NCBI GenBank assembly: GCA_963667175.2
Contig: CAXXXF010000012.1
Span: 1-64,000, forward strand
DNA length: 64,000 nt
Reading direction: 5' to 3'
DNA from: Candidatus Latescibacterota bacterium
Lineage (GTDB): Bacteria; Latescibacterota; UBA2968; GCA-2709665
This document shows, piece after piece, positions 51,162 through 59,559 of this stretch. A model generated the notes under the pieces. The model made no database searches. It saw only the letters and a list, made by a program, of their open reading frames with translations, and had not been told where the DNA came from. A program made the position numbers and the translations under genes. Every line of letters begins with the position of its first letter. Position 1 is the stretch's first letter.

Positions 51162-51310
51162 TTACCAGGAGCAGTAAATAGTGGACAGTGGACAGTGGTC
51201 AGGAAGAGCAGTTGTCAGCTTCCACTTATTTTCAGGAGCAGCAAATAGTCGACATCCGGATCCAACCAAAGAAGAGTGGGAGGATGTAAACAATACGGTG
51301 CTCCCCGTAA
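51162..51310. mobile_element. MITE family R3, copy 2, TA-flanked
   Basis: TA|TTACCAGGAGCA...TGCTCCCCGTAA|TA; a homologous empty site lies at about 55080-55090. Confidence 0.82.
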
Positions 51311-51350
51311 TAACCGGGTTACGGCGACGTAGGTTACCCTGAAACCAAAA

Positions 51351-51405
51351 AAACCATAAGGGATCTTATGGTTTCAAGAATATTCTTATCGTTGGTATCG
51401 CCACA
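51351..51405. promoter_or_regulatory. Conserved upstream motif, copy 2, with a perfect inverted repeat
   Basis: AAACCATAAG-GGAT-CTTATGGTTT followed by CAAGAATATTCTTATCGTTGGTATCG. Confidence 0.6.
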
Positions 51406-51839
51406 ACGAAGAGGCGCAGAGACAAACTCGTCGTCCGATTCTATACCTGATCGGGCAATAAAAACGTGGCGGTTGGACCGGTCTTTGTCTGATTGGTTGC
51501 AAGAACGGGCGTAGAGAATACAGACACCGACCGGGGCTTTTCCATGTCAAAGTCGTGGCGTTGCAACAGGTCGCAGGTGGTCACGCTGTACCGAGTCGAG
51601 GAACATCTGCTTCAGCATACGTGTGAATTCTCTCACGCGTCAAGGAGTTTGTCGGGCAGCATCTACGACCGTCTCGTCAGCGAAGCGCCGAAGGGCTATC
51701 TGTGCGGCATCAAGACGGGTTAGACAGATTTGGCGGAAGCCGTCACACTCCCGCCGATACGGTCTCTGTACAATTTGGCGCAGTTTCCATATTCGACCCA
51801 GCGACTGGTCGATCGACCCGATGAGATAGGTTTAGATCA

Positions 51840-52211
51840 TCAACGCCTCCGGAGTCGGCGGGCGATCTGCGCACGTTCCAATTCCAGTCTTTGGGCAAGC
51901 ATCTCCAGTTGGTGATGATAGCTGGCATCGACATGACCGTTCAGAAGGTTTTCACCAAGTTGCTTCAGATCCGGACCCTCGAAAGGTTCGCCGGTGTTTG
52001 ACCGAAGCAAACTGTCCAGGGTCAGCGCTTCAAGAGACTGCGATTCAAGGCCCTGATCACTGGCATCGATAAGAAGCTGCCCAAGCTTCTTCTGATCCGG
52101 ATCGGGCGAACCGGTCCCCTCCTGTCCCAGCCGTTCAATTACTCTGTCTATCAAGGTACCATATACCTCGACGTCGGCGTAAACCCCCCTCAGCACACTC
52201 AATTCACTCAT
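51840..52211 (-). CDS. Hypothetical protein (123 aa)
   Basis: Clean ORF co-oriented behind the ATPase gene. Confidence 0.7.
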   Translation of the reverse strand: MSELSVLRGVYADVEVYGTLIDRVIERLGQEGTGSPDPDQKKLGQLLIDASDQGLESQSLEALTLDSLLRSNTGEPFEGPDLKQLGENLLNGHVDASYHHQLEMLAQRLELERAQIARRLRRR

Positions 52212-52245
52212 CTGTATTGACCCCGAGTTTTCTCGTCACCGTAAC

Positions 52246-53844
52246 TCACATCCCCCACACTGTCACCGGCGCGCCGCCTTCGGTTTCCTCTCGGCGATAC
52301 ACTTTGTCGTCCCACGACCTGTCCTTGTTCCGATCGAACAGCACCAGGTGCCCTTCCGCCGCGGCGCAGCGATCCATGTAGGCGCGCGTCTGTGCCAATC
52401 CTTCGACCAGCGTCCGTTCAAGCCCCTGGCGCAGGATTTTACACTCGACGACGACCTTCTGCGTACGGCCGGTATCCCCGCCCACCGGCCGCACCAGCAG
52501 CAAATCCGTGCGTCCCCGACCCAGGCCATACTCGCGCTCGATGCGTCCCCCGCTGTTGACGATGCGCTGCATGAACGCCTGTAGAAGTAACTGCGGTCCG
52601 GCTTCCTTGTACTGGAATCGCTCCTCCCAGTGTGCGGAGTGTTCACGGAAGAATGCCTGGAACGCGGCCAGCAATCTGTCACATTCCAATCGCCCTTCGA
52701 CGTCGACGTACCAGGACGGGTCGTGGTGGATCGACATCTCCTGCGTGGTATAGGTGAGGGCGCGCGGGATCACCTCGCGGTAGATCGGGTTGGCAATCGC
52801 GACGGGCTTGCCCTGGCCCACCAGACCCAGGTCGCGGACGTACTGAAGGTCATCGTCCGCAACCGGATCGCCGCCACCGCCGCTCAACAGCGGCTCGACC
52901 ACGCGGCGCACGCGTTCCTCCTGCAGCTTGTCGGTGAGTTGATCCAGGTGCGTCTCGCGGCGAAGGATCAGCTGCTCGCGCGCCTCCTGAATGGCGCCGG
53001 CCGTGATGGAGAGGCTGCGGTCTCGCCCGGCCTTGTTCTTGAAGCAGGCTTCGTAGGCCAGGGCGTTGACCAGCCACGGCTGGCCCCGGGTCAGCTCCCA
53101 GACATCGCCTCGCGCCTCGTTCGTGAACGACTGGCCGGTCTCCTCGGTGTGCTGCGCCAGCAGCGACTCGACCTCGGCGCGGGTGAAGTCCCCCAGCCGA
53201 AGGGACTCCGCGCGAACGTTGAAGGCGCTGCCCCCGGCAACGACGGCGTTCTCGGCGGACGACCGGATACGGTAGTCCCGCACGTCCCGCACCCCGCACA
53301 GAATCACGCTCTGCGGGAAGCGACGCGGGCGCTCGGGATAGCCGGCACGAAGTTGCCGCAGCACCGCCAGCAGGGTGTCGCCGACCAGCGCGTCGATTTC
53401 GTCGATCAGCAGTACCAGGGGCCGCAAATCCGCAGCTGACCAGTGCGCGAGCACCTGGCGTAGCGCACCACTGGGCCCGGTGCTCTCCAGCGCCGTGTGC
53501 CACCGGCCGGCCAACTCCGCGCCCAGCGCGTCGAGTCCCCCCAGCTCCAGTTCGCCAAGTATGGCGCGCATTGCCGTTTCCAGATTTTCGCGCGCCGACT
53601 GGCCCACCTCGACGTTGACGTAGACGCAACGGAACTCGCCGCTGGCATTGAGCTCGTCCCTAAGGGCGAACAGCGCCGACGTCTTGCCGGTCTGCCGAGG
53701 CGCGTGCAGGACGAAGTACTTTCGCTGCCGGATGAGCAGCATGAACTCCTCCGCGTCCAGCCGCGCCAGGGGCGGGATATGGTAGTGCATCTCCGTATCG
53801 ATGGGACCTGCCGTATTGAAGAACGGCATGGCTTTTGTGGTCAT
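52246..53844 (-). CDS. AAA-like P-loop ATPase with C-terminal PD-(D/E)xK domain
   Basis: FFNTAGP, HAPRQTGKT, IDEID, REYGLGRGRTDL, VECK. Confidence 0.88.
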   Translation of the reverse strand: MTTKAMPFFNTAGPIDTEMHYHIPPLARLDAEEFMLLIRQRKYFVLHAPRQTGKTSALFALRDELNASGEFRCVYVNVEVGQSARENLETAMRAILGELELGGLDALGAELAGRWHTALESTGPSGALRQVLAHWSAADLRPLVLLIDEIDALVGDTLLAVLRQLRAGYPERPRRFPQSVILCGVRDVRDYRIRSSAENAVVAGGSAFNVRAESLRLGDFTRAEVESLLAQHTEETGQSFTNEARGDVWELTRGQPWLVNALAYEACFKNKAGRDRSLSITAGAIQEAREQLILRRETHLDQLTDKLQEERVRRVVEPLLSGGGGDPVADDDLQYVRDLGLVGQGKPVAIANPIYREVIPRALTYTTQEMSIHHDPSWYVDVEGRLECDRLLAAFQAFFREHSAHWEERFQYKEAGPQLLLQAFMQRIVNSGGRIEREYGLGRGRTDLLLVRPVGGDTGRTQKVVVECKILRQGLERTLVEGLAQTRAYMDRCAAAEGHLVLFDRNKDRSWDDKVYRREETEGGAPVTVWGM

Positions 53845-53978
53845 CTGTCGAGACTCCTCGATGCAACATCAGTCCTCGATGTCTGCGTTTAATCTGACGA
53901 GACACCGGACTCCTTCTTCTCACTGGTATTCTATCGAGGCGTTGGTCGCGCGGCGCAAATTCACTTGCGCGCGCTCAC

Positions 53979-54167
53979 TCAGGTATTGTCGTCAGAGCCC
54001 CGTCGGGGGCCAGACTGACCCGTACGTCCTGAGGGTGGCTTCGGCTGATTCTGGTTTGACTGCCCGCTCTGGGAGGATTGTGAACTGTGTGTTGGCTTGT
54101 ATCCCTCCTGAAGGGGTCGATAACCTCGTTCTTCCGATCTTGTTGAATTTCGATCGTTTTTTGCCAT
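53979..54167 (-). CDS. Small low-complexity peptide with two GYxP motifs
   Basis: ATG 4 nt after the upstream stop, with GAGG upstream; GYRP...GYKP...PKPPSG. Confidence 0.6.
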   Translation of the reverse strand: MAKNDRNSTRSEERGYRPLQEGYKPTHSSQSSQSGQSNQNQPKPPSGRTGQSGPRRGSDDNT

Positions 54168-54171
54168 TGTG

Positions 54172-54771
54172 CTATTCCTCCAGTGGTTTGAAAAACTCAA
54201 TTAACTCGTACTGATCCTTTCGAATTATCGCGCCATTTGAGTCTTCAATGGGTTCCTTGAATGTCCCAGCTTCATCCACTTCGTACACAGTTTCGAGATA
54301 AATGTCGCCCTCCGTAGGAAATGACGTCGCATAGGACCGAAAACCATAGTACCCACCAAGCATAGAGCCGTTTTTCAGTTGCACCAAAACGAAAACAGGT
54401 TCCCGGCGGTCGAAGAAGAAATCCCAGGCAGTCGTGTACGGCAATTGGATCTTTGAATTTAACCACTGCCACTTTAATAGACGCCGGTACAACAAAGGCC
54501 AGACCACTGGTAACACAAGCAAGACCAACATCAAGCCTGCAGTGTACAAGTATGGATGCTTCACGATAAAATCATCCCGGTGAATCGGGACGAGAAGCGG
54601 TAAACAAACGGCAAGATTGAGACTACTGTAAAAAAGGGCCTGCACGAGCCCGCCCTTCCAATCAATCTCTCGTGCCGCGAAAAGAACCCGGTATACGTGC
54701 ATCGAGATAAGTCCTGGCACCACCAGGACAAGGAAAAGCGTCCACGATTCTAAATTCGGGGCAATTTTCAT
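54172..54771 (-). CDS. DUF6338-like membrane protein
   Basis: VVPGLI, TM segments, TAWDFFF, LKNG..GG, DIYLE. Confidence 0.75.
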   Translation of the reverse strand: MKIAPNLESWTLFLVLVVPGLISMHVYRVLFAAREIDWKGGLVQALFYSSLNLAVCLPLLVPIHRDDFIVKHPYLYTAGLMLVLLVLPVVWPLLYRRLLKWQWLNSKIQLPYTTAWDFFFDRREPVFVLVQLKNGSMLGGYYGFRSYATSFPTEGDIYLETVYEVDEAGTFKEPIEDSNGAIIRKDQYELIEFFKPLEE

Positions 54772-55018
54772 ATCTCAGATTTCCCGTACAGGGGACAAGA
54801 TTAATGCGCTCTGCTGTCGAAGAATCAGGCGGTACGCGGTTTCTTGGCGACGAGAACACTTTGTTTATGCCGAATGCCGCTGCAATTGGCAGCCGCAGGA
54901 GTACGAAAATTCCGGTCCGACTCTTCATCCTGTCGTCTGAGATCATCGCACATCGCGTGAAGGTCATTATCAAACCGTTCACTGAAAGCGCGGCGAAACT
55001 GACTGACAATGAATATAT

Positions 55019-55033
55019 GCAAACCACGTGCCA
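55019..55033 (-). promoter_or_regulatory. sigma54 promoter, copy 3
   Basis: TGGCACG-TGGT-TTGC; the surrounding ~80 bp is homologous to 51081-51160. Confidence 0.8.
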
Positions 55034-55438
55034 ATGTCCACACCTGGCAATCACACGTTAAATTCGCCTCGTAACTCATCCAATATCCGGATTTCAGTGA
55101 CGTAGATTCCTGAGATTTGAAAAGAAGAAATCATAAACATTCACACCTGTCCAAAATCGGTTTCTGTCTTGGACAGCATCTGGTTCACTTCCGAGAAGCA
55201 ATGCCTCGACCGAGGTCGCCTGAGATTCACAAAGTGCTTATTTCACGGGCTTTTTGAGACGGGAACCGCACATTTATGGCCGTTGGAAAAGTCACTTTGT
55301 TCTTGGACAGTATTGCGCAGACAATGGCAACCTGGTTTTCAAAATCCGGGTCAAACCCGTCCAAAAACGCCTATTGAAGCCACTTTTCGAACCTTATTTC
55401 TGAGAATTCCACGGTTCTTGGACAGCAGTGATAAACAT

Positions 55439-55482
55439 TCTTATGGTATCAAGAATGTTCTTATGGTTGGTATCGTTGCCAC
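55439..55482. promoter_or_regulatory. Conserved upstream motif, copy 3
   Basis: TCTTATGGTATCAAGAATGTTCTTATGGTTGGTATCG. Confidence 0.6.
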
Positions 55483-55539
55483 CGCGTTGCGCACGTCGTT
55501 TAGATCAACTCGATGGGTCGTTCTTGCAGTGTGACTCTA

Positions 55540-56118
55540 TCACCCCGTCCAGCACCCGGATTCCAGCCTCGGCCATTCGGGGGGTATTTTCTCGATTGCG
55601 TAGGCCCAGGCGACCTGCCAGGTCCGGTTCACGAGAACCGGCACGAGCACGCGGCGGTACAGACTTCGACCGCCGGGGCGGAAGCCTTCCAGGCGGTCGA
55701 TGGCGGGCAATCGGGTCTCGGGATCGTTAAAAACGAGCAATTCCCCATGCACAACGCCCTCGCCGGTCTCTTTCGGACAGGGCGGACGCGCGGCCGGCTG
55801 CTGAGCGGCCATAAGACGAGTGAAGCGTTCCTGCGTGGCCGCATCGGCCGAGGGATCGGCGGTTCCGATGGCGAGGATATCCCGGTCCGGTACCTTGAGA
55901 AAGGGGATCCGATCGGGCCGGGTGTAAACGCATCCCCGCACGACCGCCGGCTCAATCGCCGGCACGCCGCGACAGTAACCGTCGTGGTTCGAGTGACCGC
56001 GCTTCAGGGTGCCGTAGACGAAGAGGGCGATCGTGAGACTGGATTGGTGCCCCGCTGGCTGAACGCCGGAAGGCGTCCCGCGATTCGACTCACCGCGCGT
56101 GTCAGCGCTTCGTGCCAC
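55540..56118 (-). CDS. Gamma-glutamylcyclotransferase (AIG2-like)
   Basis: LFVYGTLKRG, VHGEL, IDRLEG, YRR, AWAY; start uncertain. Confidence 0.88.
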   Translation of the reverse strand: MARSADTRGESNRGTPSGVQPAGHQSSLTIALFVYGTLKRGHSNHDGYCRGVPAIEPAVVRGCVYTRPDRIPFLKVPDRDILAIGTADPSADAATQERFTRLMAAQQPAARPPCPKETGEGVVHGELLVFNDPETRLPAIDRLEGFRPGGRSLYRRVLVPVLVNRTWQVAWAYAIEKIPPEWPRLESGCWTG

Positions 56119-56267
56119 AGGCTCACCCCATTCCGTGCTTTGCTTTCCGATTCGCGATCGATATGTTATCCGGGCGGGTGTCCGGTCTTATACGGGAGAC
56201 GGCGCGGTCCAGGGCGGAAGGATTCATCGACCTATTCCTGGAACGGAGCATCCCTTCTTCAAGATAG

Positions 56268-56297
56268 TTTTTATCCTGTCTATCCTGTCCATCCATG
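56268..56297. repeat. R1 core, copy d (5' exon of the intron; continues at 57060-57085)
   Basis: TTTTATCCTGTCTATCCTGTCCATCCATG|intron|TAAGTTT...TGAATTA. Confidence 0.88.
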
Positions 56298-57059
56298 GTG
56301 CGCCGTGAAAGGCGCGGAACTCCAGTGGGTGAGAGTCCCACCCGACAAATGTTGCTACAGTCGGTAGCAACCGGAGCGGGGGTGAAGGTAACGACATCTC
56401 CGAAGCCTCCGGTGTAAAGGGTCGCAAGGCGACTCGGCGAGTATGCGGGCCGAAACGTGCAGTGAACGCTGAGCAGGCCTCGAAAAAGGTAATGCGGGAG
56501 CCGACCCGCCCATGGATCGGGGAAGGCCGCCGTCGTTGGAAAAAGAGAGCAACGCGTGCATCCAACGGTCCCGCCGGGGTAATGGCGAAGGCACGTATAC
56601 AAGGGGTTCCGACGCAACACGGGAAGCCCCAGCGGTGGTGAATAGACACCAACCGGACGCCCGTGAGGGACAGGCCGGGCCGTATGGGGTGGCGGACAGG
56701 CTCGTAGTACCCGTGAAGCCGGGTAACGCCGGTGGAGGGAAGGGGCCTGACTTCGGATGTGCTTGCGAAGGGGACAACTGTCGGGAGAGTGGCGCAAGCC
56801 TATTACCTCCTCTAAAAGTAGATGAGGCGACTCCGGAACAAGCTTGGGCTTCAGGTGAAGCTGTCCGGGCAGTGCGGGCAGCGTGTGCCTGAAGGCGACG
56901 TCCGTCGGAGAGCCGGATGCGGGAAACCCGCACGTCCGGTTCGACGAGCGGGATGTGGAAACGGAGCACGGAGCGGCTATTGAGGCACCGCCAGACGAAA
57001 GGGGCGGAAACAGATAAGAAGGGCCACTCCTAAACCACCGCGCCACATCCCGACTCTAC
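56298..57059 (+). ncRNA. ORF-less group II intron (762 nt)
   Basis: 5' GTGCG; domain V GAGCCGGATGCGGGAAACCCGCACGTCCGGTTC (56910-56943); long domain VI GAGCGGGATGTGG...CCACATCCCGACTC; 3' end CTCTAC; no RT ORF. Confidence 0.93.
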
Positions 57060-57254
57060 TAAGTTTGGGTCTTTGAATTATAGCTCGAATTATCCATGAA
57101 AACAGGTGGATTTGTTATATAACCGGTTGATTTTCAATAACATCAGCGGAAAATGTAACGAAATCCATTAAGAATCCGGAGTCGGGCTGGCCGGCAAACG
57201 CTGGGGTTTCGTGGTGGGCGGAGTGATGACCCACGTTCTATGGCGAATCGATTC

Positions 57255-57430
57255 CCTGACGTTCCTCGTTTTCTCGCGCCTTTGTCGTGCTTTTCGGTTT
57301 TTTCTCGTGCATTTTTCGCGCTTTTTCGCGTGTTTCGTAGTTTCTGAAGTTCGTTTTTTCGTGCCTTTTGGTTTTTATCCTGTCCATCCTGTCTATCCAT
57401 GTGAGTTTTGTTTTGTGAATTATTGGGGAT
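57255..57430. repeat. Modular repeat R1, copy e (unoccupied intron target)
   Basis: TTTTTATCCTGTCCATCCTGTCTATCCATGTGAGTTT plus TTTTCTCGCGCCTTTGTCGTGC modules. Confidence 0.85.
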
Positions 57431-57451
57431 AGAGGTCCGGGTGAGTCTTCC

Positions 57452-58369
57452 ATGAACCCGATGTTTCTCAAATGGACCGGTTGCGGCGGTTTCGAGGTCC
57501 GTACGGACACGATCAACTTCGCCTTCGATCCCTATCTGTTCGGAGAACATCTGTCTGACGCGTCGCCCGACTTCGACTATATCTTCATCAGCCACGAACA
57601 CTTCGATCACTGCCATCCCGCCACCCTGCGCCGGCTCTGCCGCGGTGGGCGATTCAAGAAAATCTTCGTCAGCCCGGGGTGCTGCGACCCCGACCGGCCC
57701 GTGGACGAGAAGTACCGCGACGCCGCGTTCGACCGGGACCTGCCCATTACCAAAACCCTGGACCCCGACGTCGTGCAGGTTGTCTTTCCGCGGCGCCTGA
57801 GCCACGTCGGCGGGGAGTCCCGCGTCTTTCCGGGCCCTTTCGAACTGGACCTCGGGCCCATTCACGTGGACATCATCGAAAGCGGGGAAAACCAGAGGCC
57901 GGACCTGCCCAACTGCGGATACCTCGTCACCGTCCGGGACCTCGGCGTCTCGTTTCTGCACACGGGTGACCTCACCGAACCCTACCGCGCGCTCGAAAAG
58001 CTGCGCGGAAGGGTCACCTACCTCATTCACATGAAGTTGGGCCTCACGGAGTGGGGCGGCGAGGACCGCACGGACAAGCTCCTCCGATGCATCGACGCCG
58101 TCGAGCCGGAGTTCCTGATCCCCATCCACTACCGCACCGACCGCGCGTCGGACCCGATCCCGCACGGGACCTGGCCGCCCGACGTCACGGACGTGGGCGC
58201 GTTCATCGAATGGATTCGGGAGGCCGTCGGAAAGAGAACCCGCGTGCTGCCCTTCACGGCGGGGGTGGAATACGAAGTGGAACTTCCGTCGAAGCGGGTA
58301 CTCTGGAAATGGAACTGGCGCAACACGTGGACCGAGCCGTCCTGGCGGGACGACCGATCGAACGAATAG
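57452..58369 (+). CDS. MBL-fold metallo-hydrolase
   Basis: DPY, ISHEHFDH, HTGD, IPIHY. Confidence 0.9.
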   Translation: MNPMFLKWTGCGGFEVRTDTINFAFDPYLFGEHLSDASPDFDYIFISHEHFDHCHPATLRRLCRGGRFKKIFVSPGCCDPDRPVDEKYRDAAFDRDLPITKTLDPDVVQVVFPRRLSHVGGESRVFPGPFELDLGPIHVDIIESGENQRPDLPNCGYLVTVRDLGVSFLHTGDLTEPYRALEKLRGRVTYLIHMKLGLTEWGGEDRTDKLLRCIDAVEPEFLIPIHYRTDRASDPIPHGTWPPDVTDVGAFIEWIREAVGKRTRVLPFTAGVEYEVELPSKRVLWKWNWRNTWTEPSWRDDRSNE

Positions 58370-58417
58370 ACAAGGGGAAACCGGGGTTGAAAGTGGATCG
58401 CGCCCGTTCGACCCTGA

Positions 58418-59515
58418 TCAGAAGACGATCAGGCCCCGAGCCACCTCCCCGGCCGTAAGCGCGTCAAACGCCTCGTTCGCTTCATCCATGCCGTATTTCC
58501 GGGTCACCAGTTCGTCAATCTTGAGTTTTCCAGCCAGATAGAGTTCGACCATCCGGGGGAAATCGTCCCACGTCCGCGCGCTTCCGTATTTGGATCCCCG
58601 CATGATTCGCTCGTTCGACTGGAGGTTTCCCGTATCGAACGTCACCGTGGATCCGGTTGGCGGAAGCCCGATCAGCACGCACTGACCCCGGGATGCCAGG
58701 CAGTCCCACGCCTGGTTGATCACCCGCGGCTCTCCCACGGCCACGAACGAATGGTCGGCCCCACGTCCCGTAATGTCGCGGATCGCTTCCACGGGATCCT
58801 CCTCGGCGGCATTGATCGTGTGGGTGGCGCCGAACGACTTTGCGTATTCGAGCTTCGACGGATTGACGTCCACGGCAATGATGGGATGGGCCTGCACCAG
58901 CGTGCCGCCCTGGACCGCGTTCAGACCGATTCCGCCCGAGCCGAAAACCGCCATGCTCGCCCCCGGCGTCACCGCGGCGGTGTTGATGACCGAACCCACG
59001 CCCGTCATGACCGAACACCCGATCAGCGCGGCCACGTCGAGCGGCATATCCTCGCGAATGGGCACCGCGCACGACGCCGGCATTACGGAATAGGAGGAAA
59101 AGCTGCACGCCGGCCCGTAGTGGTAAACCGTTTCGCCCCTCAATTTCATTCTCGAGGTGCCATCCATCAACACGCCGTTGGACGGAACGCCGCGTTCACA
59201 CAGGTGGGAAAGCCCCGTGACGCAGTAGTGGCAGCGCCCGCAGGTGGGCGCCCAGGAGAGGATCACGTGATCGCCCGGCTTCACGTTCGTCACGCCGGGC
59301 CCCACCTCCTCGACCACACCGGCCCCTTCATCGCCGAGCACCATGGGCATCGGAAACCCCTTCCAGCCCCCGTCCACCACGTGCAGGCAGCTGTGACAGA
59401 CCCCGCTGGCCACCATCCGCACCATGACTTCGTCCTGCTTCGGCCCTTCAAGGTCCAGATCCTCCACGACCAGGGGCTTGAGGGGCTCCACCAGCACCGA
59501 TGCCTGCATTTTCAT
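58418..59515 (-). CDS. Zn-dependent alcohol dehydrogenase (class III-like)
   Basis: GVCHS, LGDEGAG, CGRCHYC...C, GCSVMTG, GSGGIG. Confidence 0.92.
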   Translation of the reverse strand: MKMQASVLVEPLKPLVVEDLDLEGPKQDEVMVRMVASGVCHSCLHVVDGGWKGFPMPMVLGDEGAGVVEEVGPGVTNVKPGDHVILSWAPTCGRCHYCVTGLSHLCERGVPSNGVLMDGTSRMKLRGETVYHYGPACSFSSYSVMPASCAVPIREDMPLDVAALIGCSVMTGVGSVINTAAVTPGASMAVFGSGGIGLNAVQGGTLVQAHPIIAVDVNPSKLEYAKSFGATHTINAAEEDPVEAIRDITGRGADHSFVAVGEPRVINQAWDCLASRGQCVLIGLPPTGSTVTFDTGNLQSNERIMRGSKYGSARTWDDFPRMVELYLAGKLKIDELVTRKYGMDEANEAFDALTAGEVARGLIVF

Positions 59516-59559
59516 GGACACCTCCCTTGTGTTCGACGCGCATCCTGGGACGCGCAGGA

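Noticed and set aside
15880-56118. Active integron cassette array explaining the co-oriented genes
   Set aside because: No integron integrase and no regular intact attC sites seen; at most one decayed candidate
56123-57046. ORFs overlapping the group II intron as an intron-encoded protein
   Set aside because: Mostly antisense; no RT (YADD) or maturase motifs; domain IV is too short
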